Shown here one piece after another: positions 1-13,729 of a DNA stretch of 64,000 bases. The stretch's first letter is position 1. Each line of letters begins with the position of its first letter. The notes under the pieces were generated by a model, which did no database searches, had not been told where the DNA came from, and saw only the letters and a program-made list of their open reading frames with translations. The stretch is from Cetorhinus maximus (lineage: Eukaryota): positions 8,556,001-8,620,000 of the forward strand of contig NC_135917.1 of NCBI RefSeq assembly GCF_964194155.1, given 5' to 3'. Both the position numbers and the translations under genes were made by a program.

Positions 1-1577
1 TGTCTACCTTGACCCCAGTAATGTTGAAGTTGGACAATTTGAAAGAGTTTCATATCCCATGACAGGGGTTTATGAGCTATACAGTTTGTTCAACAATATT
101 GAAAAAGTAGCCAATTTGGGAGAAGGGCAATTATTTGGCACTCAAATGTATTGACTACTTGTTACTACTTGCAGAACCTCCAGATAAACAGTTGTCACTA
201 CTCCCTCAGAAAACACAAATTCATGTGCTATCTGGGAAAGCGAACAACCATTTGATTAATACTGCCTTGATGGGATCAAGTGACGGACAGTTGACTGATT
301 CTAAGTGTTAAGGCTGTTACTTGGCTAAAGGTATGTCGAGTACAAGGAGATCAAAGAATGGATTACTTTACTGCAGGAGTATTCTGTATGTTGAAAGAAT
401 TGTCATTGGCCCAAGCACTATCTAAGCATCAAATCCAAGACAAACGTGTACCATATATATGTGTGCCCTGCCCTACTGAACGTAACAATCTTTGTACTTG
501 AATCAAGTACAATAAAATGCAACATTTTCTTTTCAAGTCAAAGCGCCTATGAGTGGATTCCAAACATGCAAGGGTAAGACAAAGTGAACATTGGAAGAGT
601 GTAGCAGCATAGTATAGAGATTCCTATGAGCTGAATGATTCTTTGGCTCAGGTCTCCATAGTCATTTCAAATGGAAAAGAGCTTTCAGGCAAATCTACCA
701 AGCCAATTAAGTTAGAAAATTGGAGGCAGTATGGGATTCCACTTGCCTCCACTGCCTTTCTAAGCAGTAAAGGCAAATAGCATCAACAAATTCAAGGGGG
801 AACTGGATAGATACATGGCAGGGATTGCAGTTAAAATTGGTGTAAAAGATAAAGAAGTACGTTTTTTAAAACATTGAGACTGTCCAGGTGGACTTCAGTA
901 TTTTTTGATCCTGTACATTCCCATTCTTCCAAAAAAGCTTGCTGATTTAGAATGTTAACACAATGAATATTCCCTTCAAAACAAATTTTGGTGAGAAAAA
1001 TAGTTCCAGTAAATCAAAATTGAAATATGAAAATATTTAACAAAAATATACTATTCATTTTGGCAAATAAAGTTGTGTGAAAAATACATTAAATGTTTAC
1101 TTAAGTTGAAAATCTAGTATAGCAAGATCTAGAGGCTAACACAGACAACACTGGAACCAAGTTTCTGACCATTGCTAATGTGTTTGACTCTTGGAAAAGC
1201 TAATGCACAATGTTGTTTGTTATCTGTCTCTTCTAAGACAGATGACTGATGTTTGCAAATTGAAATATAATGCACACATTATACGCTCTTCTAAACCCAA
1301 AGTATAATTTTTTTCTGTATCAGCCAGGTTCCAGTTGAATGAAAAGAAAACTGCTAGGTACCAACTATGAGTAAAGGTCTCACCTATTTATTATGGGTAA
1401 CAGAATGGTCAACCTATTTATAATGAAGGTATTTAAGTTTGTATTTGAGGGCACAGAGGAAATTATCTCTCCCCTCTTCCAATAGTTTTAATATTAAGAA
1501 AAGCATGTTATATAAGTGTACCAGATGCTCTCAAAGCTTTTAAATAAATTCAGAAGTGTTCTTTGAACATTATAATC

Positions 1578-1970
1578 AGAGAATCACAGAAATTTATGGC
1601 ACAGAAGGAGGCCATTCAGCCCACTGTGTTCCGTTCAAAATAAAAAGAGCTTTCCAGCCTAATTCGACTTTCTACCTCTTGGTCCATAGCCTTGTAGGTT
1701 GTGGCTCTTAAAATGCATATCCAAGTACTTTTTAAAATGTGATGAGGAATTCTGCTTCTACCACCCTTTCAGGCAGAGTCCCAGATCCCCACCACTTGCT
1801 GGGTGAAAAAAAATTATCTTCAACTTCCTCTAATCCTTCTCCAATTACTTTAAATTTATGCCCCTGATTATTGACCTCTATGCTAAGAAAAATAAATACT
1901 TCCTATCCCCTCTATCTAAGCCTCAATTAAATCTCCCCTCAGCCTCCCCTGCTCCAAACAAAACAACCCT
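1578..1970 (-). mobile_element. CR1 LINE 3' fragment
   Basis: Reverse complement closely resembles the 3' end of the CR1 at 22700-23050 (e.g. ctaccaccctttcaggcag, gggtgaaaa). Confidence 0.8.
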
Positions 1971-2407
1971 AATTATGCCCATGCAAATCATCTGCAGCTT
2001 TTTCTACGTGTTTTAATTCAATCAGAAGGACAAATAAATTTGTTGTTGATTTGATCACACTAGAGGCTTGCATGTGTACTCTTCCTTTCCCCAAATTGAA
2101 CTAAGTGGGAGTGCCACACAGCATGTGAAATGCAATTCTGCCCGCCCACTCACTCCTCTGCTATTCATTTGAAAGGGAATGCTTTTTCCTGCACTTTTCA
2201 CACCTTCATATAATGAAGTGATAGACTGGGAGAGTGAAACATTTTACAAGGCAGCCATAAGAAGTTTCAGAAATTAGCTTGTTTCAACAGGGGAAGAAAG
2301 GAGTGAAGAGTTTGTGACTGCAGTTCACTCATTTGTAGCTGCAACACAGAACTTATACAGCACAGCAGTGATGTCCAAACATGAGGCTCCTTGAGACCAC
2401 ACAATCT

Positions 2408-2592
2408 GACCATCAAAGCCCAGGCAACTCAGTTCTATATGTACTTACATCTTTAAGTTTGTTTGTCCCTGTTTGCATTTTGAAATATCAAAGCCCAGGC
2501 AACTCAGTTCTAGACCATCAAAGCCCAGGCAACTCAGTTCTATATGTATTTACATCTTTAAGTTGGTTGTCCCTATTTGCATTTTGAAATAT
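2408..2592. repeat. Local complex tandem duplication
   Basis: About 80-bp unit at 2408-2488 and 2513-2592, with its 26-bp head ATCAAAGCCCAGGCAACTCAGTTCTA present a third time at 2487-2512. Confidence 0.9.
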
Positions 2593-3731
2593 TTAAAGAG
2601 CCTTATTTGAAGGCGCAGGAGCAAAACAAAGAGGTCAACAATTGGAAAAAATATGGAAAACTGCAACGAAAAAGTAAAAGATGGGGACAATGTGTGTTGA
2701 AAGATGCAAGATACTGCATACAATTATTTAGATCATTTGACCCTTGAGACTATGCTGCAGCATTCCAGACAGTCATTATGGTCTATATTATAAAGGGATG
2801 TTAGGAAGATAGTTCATTATTATAATGTTCTATTGTTCATATCATACATAACATTTTTCACATTTAATGGAGGTGCCATCTTGGAGGTGAAGAATTCCTT
2901 GGGTTGCTGTGTGTAGAAAAATCATAAATACGTTCTTTCTGAATATATTTACAATACCGCTTCACATAGTGACCAGAGCAACTCAACCCCAATATCTTGT
3001 TCCAATTACTGAAACTAATTTTCTTCTGAACATTTGTTTTTAAGAGAATGTTCAAACTCTAACCATTCTAAACCTAACCAATGCAACACGCTGATTAGCA
3101 TTCACACTGTCGTGAACTTCATTGGATCCAAACCACAACGCGATACTGCACACCATTAAATACTTTTTTCACCTCCACCAAATTAATTTTCAATGTGCAG
3201 TATAAAAACAATACATTGCAAAAAGCCACATGGTATCGTTTATATGCCACTCGTGGTAAAACAACTCAAGTTATCATGTCAGCTTCTCAAAATATAAAGC
3301 CCGTGCCACGGAATTTCATAAATGTGTCCTCTCTACCTTCTGTCATAATATGAAACATAATTAGATTTGCCCAAGTTGGTCACCAAATTTTGCAAAGTTA
3401 CTGTATCAATATTTCATATGCATAGCTAAAACATAACATAACATGCTAAAACACAGTAGCACAATATAGTGGAAAACTGTTTTATATGTACTGCATAAGA
3501 AATGACCAAAAAAACCTGCAAGTCACCTTATTTGGATAGAAGAGATTAGATGTACCAATACTTACTGCATGATGAGCACAAGTTTGGTCTTGGCAACAAA
3601 TTGTATGCAACCTGACTTTGCATTTAATTTGCTGATATAAAGGTACGATGATGAAAAGCACAACATAGCATGTTCACAACTGCCTGATTATCATCCACTA
3701 ACACAAAATAAAGGCACCATATAAAACACTA

Positions 3732-3741
3732 AAAAGGATAT
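3732..3741 (-). other. U12 (minor spliceosome) AT-AC intron 5' splice site
   Basis: Minus strand reads ATATCCTTTT immediately after exon 2, matching the U12 donor consensus ATATCCTTT. Vertebrate Nav genes have a known AT-AC intron at this position. The AC acceptor and next exon lie outside the window. Confidence 0.93.
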
Positions 3742-3860
3742 GAATGTATCAAAATTTTAATAGCGTATCTCCTCAGTGGATTCAAAGGGCCTAAAATGTA
3801 CATGGCAGGTGTGGCACTAAATCGGAAGATAGCTTTTCCTCTGTTTAGTACTATAAAGGT
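3742..3860 (-). CDS. SCN8A: SCN8A second coding exon (end of N-terminus to start of DI-S1)
   Basis: Found by reading the minus strand; not in the ORF track. Polypyrimidine tract plus CACAG acceptor (AG at 3862-3861), then [40 protein letters not shown] (119 nt). In frame with exon 1; ends TC|ATATCCTTT. Confidence 0.96.
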
Positions 3861-6800
3861 CTGTGAGGAGAAAAAGAGGAAAAATGGTTACATAGATTGC
3901 AAACACAAAATGTTCAACACATTTTCATGCAGTAGGTAAGTTGGTAAATGTTACTTCAACGACAGCTTGGGGAAAGTTGAAGAAAACATTCCTAGTGGCT
4001 AGTTTTGTGATACTTTCAATGCACTGCATCAAACAAACATTTTCAAAGAGAAGTAAGAAGCACTTGGATGAATGTGACAAGGGAAAATGTCAAACTTGCA
4101 CTGAAAATCACTTAACAAGTTACTACTAAGTTCACAAGGCTTAATGCACAGGAGCTGGGATTTCGGATATGAACAAAGATAGCCTTTAGTTCTGTATAGA
4201 AGAAGGTTGACAGAATCACAGACTCCTGCAGTTGAACTGCTGAGTAAGAATTTTATCGTACGAGCAGAGGTACACACACGTAACTCAGAAGTGACAGCAA
4301 TGCAAACAGGTTGTGCAGGTGCCTTTCACACACGGAATAAATTCAAACAGAGAAAGATAATTTTTCTATCATACCACAATTGTATGTTCAGCTGTAGATA
4401 ATGTTCATTTTTCCATCATTTTCTTAACTGTTAGAAGTTTCATGGTCAGCAACTTTATGTACAACACAAAGATTACAAGACATTGTACAAATGATGGAAA
4501 CTATGTTTTCTTTGAAATTCACTAACACGAGCAGAACCCCACTGACTTTACAAAATAGTTTTGGATGAAAAAGGCCTTTCTAGACTTTTGATTTCATCCT
4601 TCCAGAATATTAATCTTACTGTCTCCCCATTACAGTATGTCACTGTTTTTTTCAAATGAGCCTGATATCTTGGCTTCGAGTACCCTTCCTGCCAATCTGT
4701 TCCCATCATTGCTCACCTTCTGCGTAAAGCCTTCACACACACAATTGTGGTATCAACTATGACACCTATCTTGATAAAGGTCTGCTGAATTCTTGTATTT
4801 ACACAGTTGTGATACCTTATTAAGGGCGTAAATGAACATTTCCACATTAAATTTGGACTAATCGGTCTCTGTTAGTTAGAAAGTTGAGTGATCTTTATGG
4901 GATTCAGCAGGATTAATTTCCACTTGGAAGTGACAGGCAATGTTCCACAGTTTTTCTGCAAAAAGATTCAATGACATCGGCTTAAACAAGTTCACAGCCT
5001 TTTTTTTCAGGTTTTTTTTTTGGTCATGTTGTTGTGCCCAACATAGCAAAGAATGTTTGTGGTGGGGAGTATGGAACACCTCTTTTGAGACATTCAGTGC
5101 CAGCATCAATCATTTACAGATCAGGTATGCACGCCCAAACACAGAGCAAAGCTTCCTTTACCCTGCTGAAACCTCAGAAGAGCACCCGCTCCTGCGCCAG
5201 CGTGCATTTAAGATACCCACTACAGTTCTTCTTATGACCAGTGACTTGAGTGCCAATTAGGGCCAAATCGGGGAGGCTTTTATGCTGTCGGCACATGCCT
5301 ATGAGGAACTGGGTTGAATCTGCCCAATCTGCTGTATCTTTAGCCATTTTCCCGCCACAGGTGTAAAATGGTTAGAGTAATTCAGTTCATTTCCAGGATA
5401 TTAAGATGATCCAAGTGTTAACATGGCTGGAAACATGCAGCCATGAATTCTTAGCCATTTGAAAAAGACAGCACATGAAGTCAATCAACATTTACAATTT
5501 GAAACGGCTCATTATCTTCTATACGTTTTCACGTCATTAGGAGCCGGTCCAAAGTCAGAAAAGTATTTATAAAAGCAGCCAGATGAAAGATTTTGAATTT
5601 GCTCATATTGAAGCCAAATTGTGATGGAGCTGGTTCAGCAGCCTTTATCATTTTGGTACAATATTTCATCAAAATAGTACCATGGGCAGTTAAAGTGGTT
5701 TAATATAATTACTTACATCTTTATATGCATTGCTTTAGTTACCTTGAAATCCGCAGTTGTGCTTCAGGGTGACCACTCGTCAGGCTCTGAACTGGTCAGT
5801 CCATTTTTGGTCGGGGGTGGGGGTGTGTTGGGGGGTGGGAGGCAGAGTGGGCTAGTCACCCAATAATTTTGAGAAATACTAAACAGTAACAGTCCATTTT
5901 TCCAATGCTGCACTTGGAAGGTTGGCGACACATGTGCAATAGCGAACTGTTTTTGCATTTGCGCATAGGCAGCAGGCCATTCCAAGTTTGCACGTGATCA
6001 CAGCTGATTCACTTATGCGCATAGTTTTTTTTAAAAAAACACCCTCTCCCATCTAGTTTTAAACAGGGCGAAAGATGGCTCACCATCTTGGGTCTAAAAG
6101 CAGCACTGCTCGCAATCACCTATCTGGTACAAGAGAGCACAATATATAACATGATATTGGCTTGCCACCTATTTTCAGCCAGACAGTTCAATTTGTGAGT
6201 GATATGTCTCAAATTCTAAAGTAAAATCCAGAAACCAAAAACTCTTTTGTGGCCCATATTGTGGAAGTGTCAGTTATTAAGGTTTTCACTGAAATTTCAT
6301 TAGCAGTAAAGCAAACCTCAATCTCAAGCCAAGAGCCCGCTGTCTGCCCTCCCAACCTTCCTGTGCTGAGGTGGCACCACATTGCTTATTTTTAAAGTTC
6401 GCTGCCACTGACAGACACAACGTGCATTAAATATTGGTCAATTTTGCATATGTCAAAAAGAAAAATCTCTTTTGCAAACATCATTCCCAACTGCCATTTG
6501 CCAGCCATTCTTGAACAGCACAGCAGCCCAAATACAATGGCAATGTCGTCATTAGGAACATGTTAACTTTTAGATATTACAGATCAATTAAAAAGTAATG
6601 TGGCATGTCAAATTACCCTTTGCGATGTCAGAAGCACTGGCTACTGTTATGACATGTTACCCCAGAAGAGCAACACCTCACTAAAAGTTGGCACTGGTGA
6701 CTGGCAGTTGTTAAGTAAACTGTTCCACAAAGGCTACAGCAAACACATAACATTGCTTTTTAGACACTGTATCCCAATACTCTATTTAAAGCATAAAATA

Positions 6801-7497
6801 ATGATAAATAGCAACCTGTCAGCTAATATTGCCAGAAATCCTTCCAACATAGAAAAAGCTTGATCCTTGATAGGTGTTTTTTCTCTCACCTGTAGCATCC
6901 TAACTCTTCTCTTTATTAATGCTACTATAAGACATTATTCGGATTTATTAAATAATTTTCTTTCCTAAGATTCAAGTGCACAACTACCTTACACATGCCT
7001 CCTCCACTGCAATCCTCAGTCAACTCTTACACATTCATTATCAGGATGTCAAAACTGCAGAACTCTGGTCTGCCCTCAGTCTTCTCTTCCCCCTACTCTT
7101 TACAAGATTTCAAAACCCAAACTAAATATCACTTAACTACTATGTTTTAATTTGGACTATCTTTCCTCCTTTTTGTAATCCCAACCTTGTTGCTATCTTA
7201 GCAATAAACCCTTCAGTTTGACTTCTTCACTGTACATGAAGTTTCACTAATGTTACACTACTCGTATAAATTCAGATTTTTTGGCGGGGGGGGGGGAAGG
7301 AGAAGGCAATGCTCGTTTCCGCGTGAACAGCCAATGCACAACATAGCGCCACACTCTCAATGCGCAAGAGAATTCAATTAGCATTTAATGCAATTCATTT
7401 TTCACAAGAGGGTTTCAGGTTCTGAAAAGCCAGGAAACCAAGGATGTTGCATACACTGATTGCAGAGCATTAACGATATCATATCTCAGGGTGAAGA

Positions 7498-7883
7498 AAA
7501 GACTTGCATTTATATCGCATCTTAGCACACAGTAACTTTGAAGTGCATTATATAGGTGAAGGCAGCAGCCATTTTGCGCATTGCAAGTTCTTGCAAACAG
7601 CAGTGACCAATTAGTCTGTTTTTGGTGGTGTTGAGGAACGTTGGCCCACAAATTCCCTGCTGTTTTCAAATAGTGCCATGGGCCCTTTAATGCCTGCCTG
7701 AACCACAGGCAAATGGGGGTCTTGGTTTAACACTTTATCCAACAGTTAGCATATCTGACAGTGCTGCACTTCCTCAGTACTGCACTAAAGTGTCAGTTTA
7801 GATTATATGCTCATGGCCTGGAGAGGGACTTGAATTGACAATTCTGATTCAGAGGCAAAGTGCTACCCACTGAGCCAAGCTGA
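7498..7883 (-). mobile_element. Deu-domain SINE (SacSINE1/AmnSINE-like)
   Basis: tRNA-like head (tcagcttggctcagtgggtagcac...tcaagtccctctccag), Deu-like core (gcactgtcagatatgc...gttaaaccaagacccc...cccatggcactatttgaa) and L2-like tail (tataaatgcaagtc). Confidence 0.75.
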
Positions 7884-8519
7884 ATGATTGATATTTTCAA
7901 GGTCACCTTTAGCCTGAATGCAAAGTTGAAAAAGACAGAGTGAAATGCTCTATATAGGGAAAATAGGCTCAGTTTTGAATTTTTAAAATCCTTTGCCTAG
8001 TGGTTCAGTTGGTAAGTACACTGCTCTTTGTTGTACTGAGCCCATATAAACCAGAATCATCCCAGGTTGGATTGCCCAACCTCTTCTGAATCAGTTCCTC
8101 TCAGCAGAACTATGACAAGCACCATTGCACAGGGTTCCTGTGGGAATATTTGTTGCCTATACGCTGCTGTATGTGAATGTTGAGGCAGGATCAGGCTCAA
8201 CCAAGATGATGCCCTTCACCCACCTCAGTAGCCTACCCAACTCTTAAGAGTGGTGATGTGGGCCAGGTACTGGGGGGGTTGGCAACTCCTATGACTGTAC
8301 CCAGCATAAGTCGGCACCTTTGAAAGAGGTGGCAAGAAAAGGAAAGAGGCTGGCAAACAGACAAAATAAATCATTCGTGAATTAATGGTCATCCTCACTT
8401 ATTTAATGAGTGTGATCTCACCATTTAATATGTAGGATTCAGCTTGTACAGTGAGAATTTTGGTATCATTAATTTTATTACATTTTCCTTTGAAGCTTAT
8501 AGAAACACCTGAATCCCAT

Positions 8520-8900
8520 CATAGAAACATAGAAAATAGGAGCAGGAGTAGGTCATTCGGCCCTTTGAGCCTGCTCCACCACTTAATATGATCATGGCTG
8601 ATCCTCTATCTCAACACTGTACTCCCGCTCTCTCCCCATACCCCTTGACGCCTTTAGAGTCCAGAAATCTATCTATTTCCTTCTTAAATATATTCGGTGA
8701 CTTGGTCTCCACAGCCTCCTGTGGTAGAGAATTCCACAGGTTCACCACTCCCTGAATGAAAAAGTTTCTCCTTACCTCAGTCCTAAATGGCCTACCCCAT
8801 ATGCTGAGACTGTGACCCCTTGTTCTAAACCCCTGCAGCCAGAGGAAACATCATCCCTGCATCCAGTCTGTCCAGCCCTGTCAGAATTTTATATGTTTCA
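8520..8900 (-). mobile_element. CR1-type LINE 3' end
   Basis: catagaaacatagaaaataggagcaggagtagg tail, shared with copies at about 13740, 15700 (opposite strand), 30540 and 59812. Confidence 0.8.
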
Positions 8901-10369
8901 ATGGGATTACAGAGCTGCAGAAATGTCAGACCTGACTCCAATCTTGACTTTACCTACATTGTTTGGGATCAAAGATTTAAATATGGGTGCTCTGCCCGAT
9001 ACAAAATGGTTAATTTCCACAACTTCCTGTTACTTAAACAGTCAATTTGGCTTCACATGGTTTCAATCACAAGAAAAAATATGAATGAATTATTCATAAA
9101 CTGTGTACCCTCATGAATCAATGGGACCCTTGATGTTAAATGATTGTGGGCTTCAGGTAGACTTGTGCTTCCCCCCATGAATAGTAAGCACTCCTTGCTA
9201 CGCTTTCTGGAACAATGGCAGAAAAGGCAAGATCCTCAAACAATCTTTTGAGAAAGTACCGACCACATTTTGTGCAAGTCAGAAGGTTTCACTGATAATG
9301 CAGGCCTGCTTCCCTTCGTGACTCAGGGTATCCTACCCAACTTACACTGTCCAGAAAGGTCTGCAACGAATTATCTGATCTCAATCAAAACCATGGTGAC
9401 ATTACAAATGACAACAACTGCCCTGGGGTAGGGAGGAAGAGGCAAAAAAAAAAAGAAAACAGGTAGCATTCTCAGTCCTAATAGCCACTCGGTGATCTTT
9501 GTTCAGAATGTGTGTTGATGTGTGTGCCAGATCAGGACATAATTAAAAACAGCCCACGTCACTTACCATCTAGGCTCACACATCAACAGCTTTGAGGGCA
9601 AGGTACTGGAAGTAAGGAGGAACCCATGCCACTGTACCCTAAGAATAAAAATTGGCAGGAAGGGCATCTAACCCTCAGCTCTTTGCCAATTATCCTCCCG
9701 TCAGCCTACAGGCTGGAATTGAAAGCGCTGGTCGGCTAAAAAGTTGCCTTCCTCCCATTGCTGTGACTGCAGTGTAGTTTTCACAGTGAAGGTATTGACA
9801 GTGTGCAGGTTCTGGGTAGAAATCCTCAATCTGCCATGGGTGAAGAACAGAGCATAAGAAATCCTTCCCTGAGTCTGAGATCCATCATGAAAAGAAATGC
9901 AATGCCAGGAAAAGAAACATCTTGCAGATCCTTGTTCCCTTGCCATGTGACGAGAAAAAGTGATATTTAGGGACCATGACAACATCACCATGATAGCTTT
10001 ACAATCCAAATTGAGATTTTCATCCTCGGAGGATATTGGGAGCTTATTTTCACAAAATAATAAAATATAATGATTTGGATATTCGTAAGGGGAGAGAAGA
10101 AATCAATTTATTTTTTAAATTCACAAACATATGTGAATTTGAAAAGGAAATTAATTCAGCTATTAAGCATTTAATGTAGAAAAACACTTCTCAAGCTTCT
10201 TCACAGATGCAAGATCAAAACTCTGGATGCTGGTTTAAAAGAGGAGATATCAGGAGACATTTGGTCAAAGTCATGAATTTTAAGGATGACCTTAAAGGAT
10301 GTTTATAACAGATGGGTTCAGGCAAGGAATTTTAAAGTCTGGGGCTGGGGCAGCTTAAGGCAGGATTGC

Positions 10370-10502
10370 NNNNNNNNNNNNNNNNNNNNNNNNNNNNNNN
10401 NNNNNNNNNNNNNNNNNNNNNNNNNNNNNNNNNNNNNNNNNNNNNNNNNNNNNNNNNNNNNNNNNNNNNNNNNNNNNNNNNNNNNNNNNNNNNNNNNNNN
10501 NN
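10370..10502. other. Assembly gap (133 N) within a minus-strand L2-like fragment (about 10190-10700)
   Basis: Run of N. Flanks resemble the reverse complement of the L2 3' region at 35200-35670. Confidence 0.9.
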
Positions 10503-10819
10503 TGGAGTCAGAGGACCAGGGAGTTCATGGGGTTTTGAAGGGCGAGGTGGGTGGTTAGTCTGACAGGGAAAGGGATTTAAATACATTTATTTATTTAAAT
10601 TTTGAGGCATTGGTAGATCAGAAGCCAATGTAGGTTAGCATGAAAAGGGGTGGTAAGTGAGCGGGACATAATGTATGCTCGGATGTGGGCACAGCTTTGT
10701 AATGCCTCAGTTTTCAGATCTGAATCTTGATCTCAGCCAATTCTTTCAACTGTATATTAGAAGTTCCCCCCAATACTAATCAGTATCTTTGAATTCATAG
10801 TTTATTTGAGGAGAGAAAA

Positions 10820-11705
10820 TATTTAAAGGGTACAATTACAAAGAGGGTGCAAGAACAGAGAGACCTGGGGGCGTTTGCGCACAAATCTTTGAAGGTGGCA
10901 GGACAGGTTAATAAAGCAATATGGGATCCTGGGCTGTATGCCTGACAGCAAATGTATATTGTAAATATCAAGAGTGTTACAATTACATAGAGGCACCTAA
11001 GTGTTGCTGTATATTCTGTATGGAGACAAGTTGAACTTTATTGGACTTTGTGTAATTTTTCAAGTTGAAATGTTTTGTAATGTACTTGTACAAATTTTAT
11101 GATTAAAGTATATTTTTGAAAATAAATGTCCTGGGCTTTACAGAGGCAGAGCACAAAGGTTATGCTAACCCTCTCTAAAACACTAGTTCTGTACAAGCTG
11201 AAGTATTGTATCCAATTCTGGGCACTGCTTTAAGAAGACTGTTAAAGGCTTTGGAAGGGGTACAGAGAGATTTACTGGAATGGTTCGAAGGACGAGGGAT
11301 TACAGTTACACAGATAGACTAGGGAAGCTCCGGTTGAACTCAGAGCAGAGGTGGCTAAGCCAAGTAGCTTAAATAATGTGAATAAAGAGAAACTGTTCTA
11401 ATGCCTAAAGGGTCACTAACACAAATTTAAGATGATTGACAAAAGAACCAGAGATTACATGAGAAAAACTTTAATGCAATGAACGGTTAGGATTTGAAAT
11501 ATGCTGCCTGACAAGGCAGTGGATATATATTCAATAGTCATCTTCAAAATGGAAATTGGATAAATACTTTGAAGGAGGAAAGGAATTGCAGGGATATGGA
11601 GAAAGAGCGAGGGAGTGACACTAACTGGATTGCTCTTTGAAAAATCTGCCACCGGTTCAATGGGCCAAGTGGCCTCCTCTGTTCTGTACTATTCCACGAT
11701 TCTCA
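10820..11705 (+). mobile_element. Decayed CR1 3' portion with a nested ~190-bp A-tailed insert
   Basis: CR1 ORF2 C-terminal remnants (gagacctggggg, gtattgtatccaattctgggcac). Insert 10936-11128 is flanked by the direct repeat TCCTGGGCT. Confidence 0.75.
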
Positions 11706-12774
11706 TGAGGATAGTTTTATAGCTTGCAGAGGATCTGAAAGCAAATACACCAAATATACAATGGGCAGTTGATAAACTTCAAGCAGAACTAAACAGGCTA
11801 CATTGATTCCCCAGATGCAGATAGCATCGTGGGCCGCTAGCTGCACAGCTCACATGGCGCTCGGCAATGATATCAATGTGGAAACCGCGCGGGTAGCAAC
11901 CCGCTACACTGTTTTCCCAAGGGAATTGGTGCAGCCGACATAGCGCCACTATACAAACAAACTTTCCCCTTTCCCCACAAGTGAATAGCTTGCCAATATG
12001 TGAAGTAAACTGGTGTTGTTTGACAATGCACCACAAGATGTCAGCAGTACATTTAACACATGCTCCAGGCCATCTCCACCAAAAACATTGCACCACCAAA
12101 TTGCTCGCCAGTGAGACCATGAGAAAGTCTTCCACCTGCACTGCACCAGGGCTAGTGCTGTATTCATCACAACAGAAGCTCAATCCCAAATTCTTAATAA
12201 CTGTTCAATGCATCATCCTTACATGAGGGCACCATTGAACATTCCACCAACAGTTCAATTATGCTTTCATGTTGAAAGTCAAATGAATGTTCATGGGATG
12301 TCACAAATGTCATATTTTCCCTTCAGAAATAATTACTAGCTCTGAATGATTCAAAAGATATTCAATTTTCCGAGATATCAAAAATGCAAACATATTCCAA
12401 CTCTTGACAGCAGAGACTCCATCAAGCCATGGCTCTGAGTCAAGACCTCAGTTGATCATGTGACTTTAAAGTATAATCCCAAGCTTCAACTTTCACAATA
12501 CTTCAAGCCATGTTTTAAGCAAATAATACATGGAGAAAAAATGTTCATTAATAACCGTCACTTCCAATGGTCCAAATCTAGACTTATCCACCAAGCATGG
12601 GGAGACAAAGTGTCAGGGAGGCCATGAAGATCTAACAACACCACACCGTCTCCCAGGACAGTGGCCTTCTCATCACTGGCATCTGGCTACCATTACTCAA
12701 GAAACACTCTGCCATCCATTCTGCACAACGGATCAATCAACAGCAAGTATGTTAACATGTACTGACCTCTTCCT

Positions 12775-13160
12775 TATTTATGCTTTCATGGGATGTGGGT
12801 GTCGCTGGTAAGGCCAGTATGTGTTGCCCATCCCTAACTGCCCTTGAACGGAGTGGCTTGCTAGGCCATTTCAGAGGGCAGTTAAGAGTCAACTACATTG
12901 CTGTGGGTCTAGAGCCACAGGTAGGCCAGACCAGGTAAGGATGGCAGATTTCCTTCCCTAAAGGGCATTTGTGAACCAGATGGGTTTTTATGACAATCGA
13001 TAATAGGTTCATGGTCACCATAACTGAGATTGGTTTCAATTCCAGAATTATTAATTGAATTTAAATTCTACCAGCTGCTGTGGCGGGATTTGAATCTTTG
13101 TTCCCAGAGCATTATTCTGGACCTCTGGAAGCTAGTCCAATGACATTACCAAATACCACT
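12775..13160 (-). mobile_element. HE1-type tRNA-derived SINE
   Basis: Full unit: tRNA-like head, ccatctggttcac...ggaaggaaatctgcc core and 3' tail shared with the partner LINE. Similar copies at 25690, 50530 and 57755. Confidence 0.85.
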
Positions 13161-13729
13161 GTCTCACAATAGCCTGACCAATCAGCAGTAAGATCTCACC
13201 CATATTCCCATCTTCTACTCTATATAACTAACTCTTTCACCTATTCTTGTTATTCCTCCGGATGCTGGGCAGAGTACACTGCCTGAAGCATCAAAGCCTA
13301 CCAGTTCTTCTGAGGAACTCTTCTAAGGTAACAACTGTTCTTTTTAGAGCAAATTTTACATGATGTAACTGTAAAAATAGTCTCACTGAATGATACACTG
13401 AGAATGAATGGGATTAATTGGCAGAAATCTCTGTGCATGTTCACAGACACTAATTTTCACTCTCCACCAATGTTGGTTAATGGCTTATCATCCAAGTGTG
13501 TAGAATATGGTGATGATAGCAATCACCTCCAATGTAGTGCTAGGAAGGAGTGGAAAATGCATTAAAATCATTTAGTGTGGCAGTAAAGGGACACCACTCA
13601 CCAACAGTGAAAGTGGAATCTAAGAGTCATGCATGCAATCTTAGTCAGCACCCACTGCTCACCTGTAAGTATTTTAATACTTTAAAAAAATGCCTTGGAA
13701 GTGTAGTATGTTGATGCAACACACAATCA

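Noticed and set aside
295-320. Minus-strand CCTTAAC as a possible U12 branch point for SCN8A exon 3
   Set aside because: Lacks the preceding TT/T consensus, and the following sequence does not encode the expected LFSM..MCTILTNC exon.
2408-2592. Three-fold 26-bp direct repeat resembling a CRISPR array
   Set aside because: Intervening sequences are duplicated or nearly absent rather than unique spacers; vertebrate intron with no cas genes.
10286-10586. ORFs spanning X runs
   Set aside because: Produced by the N gap.
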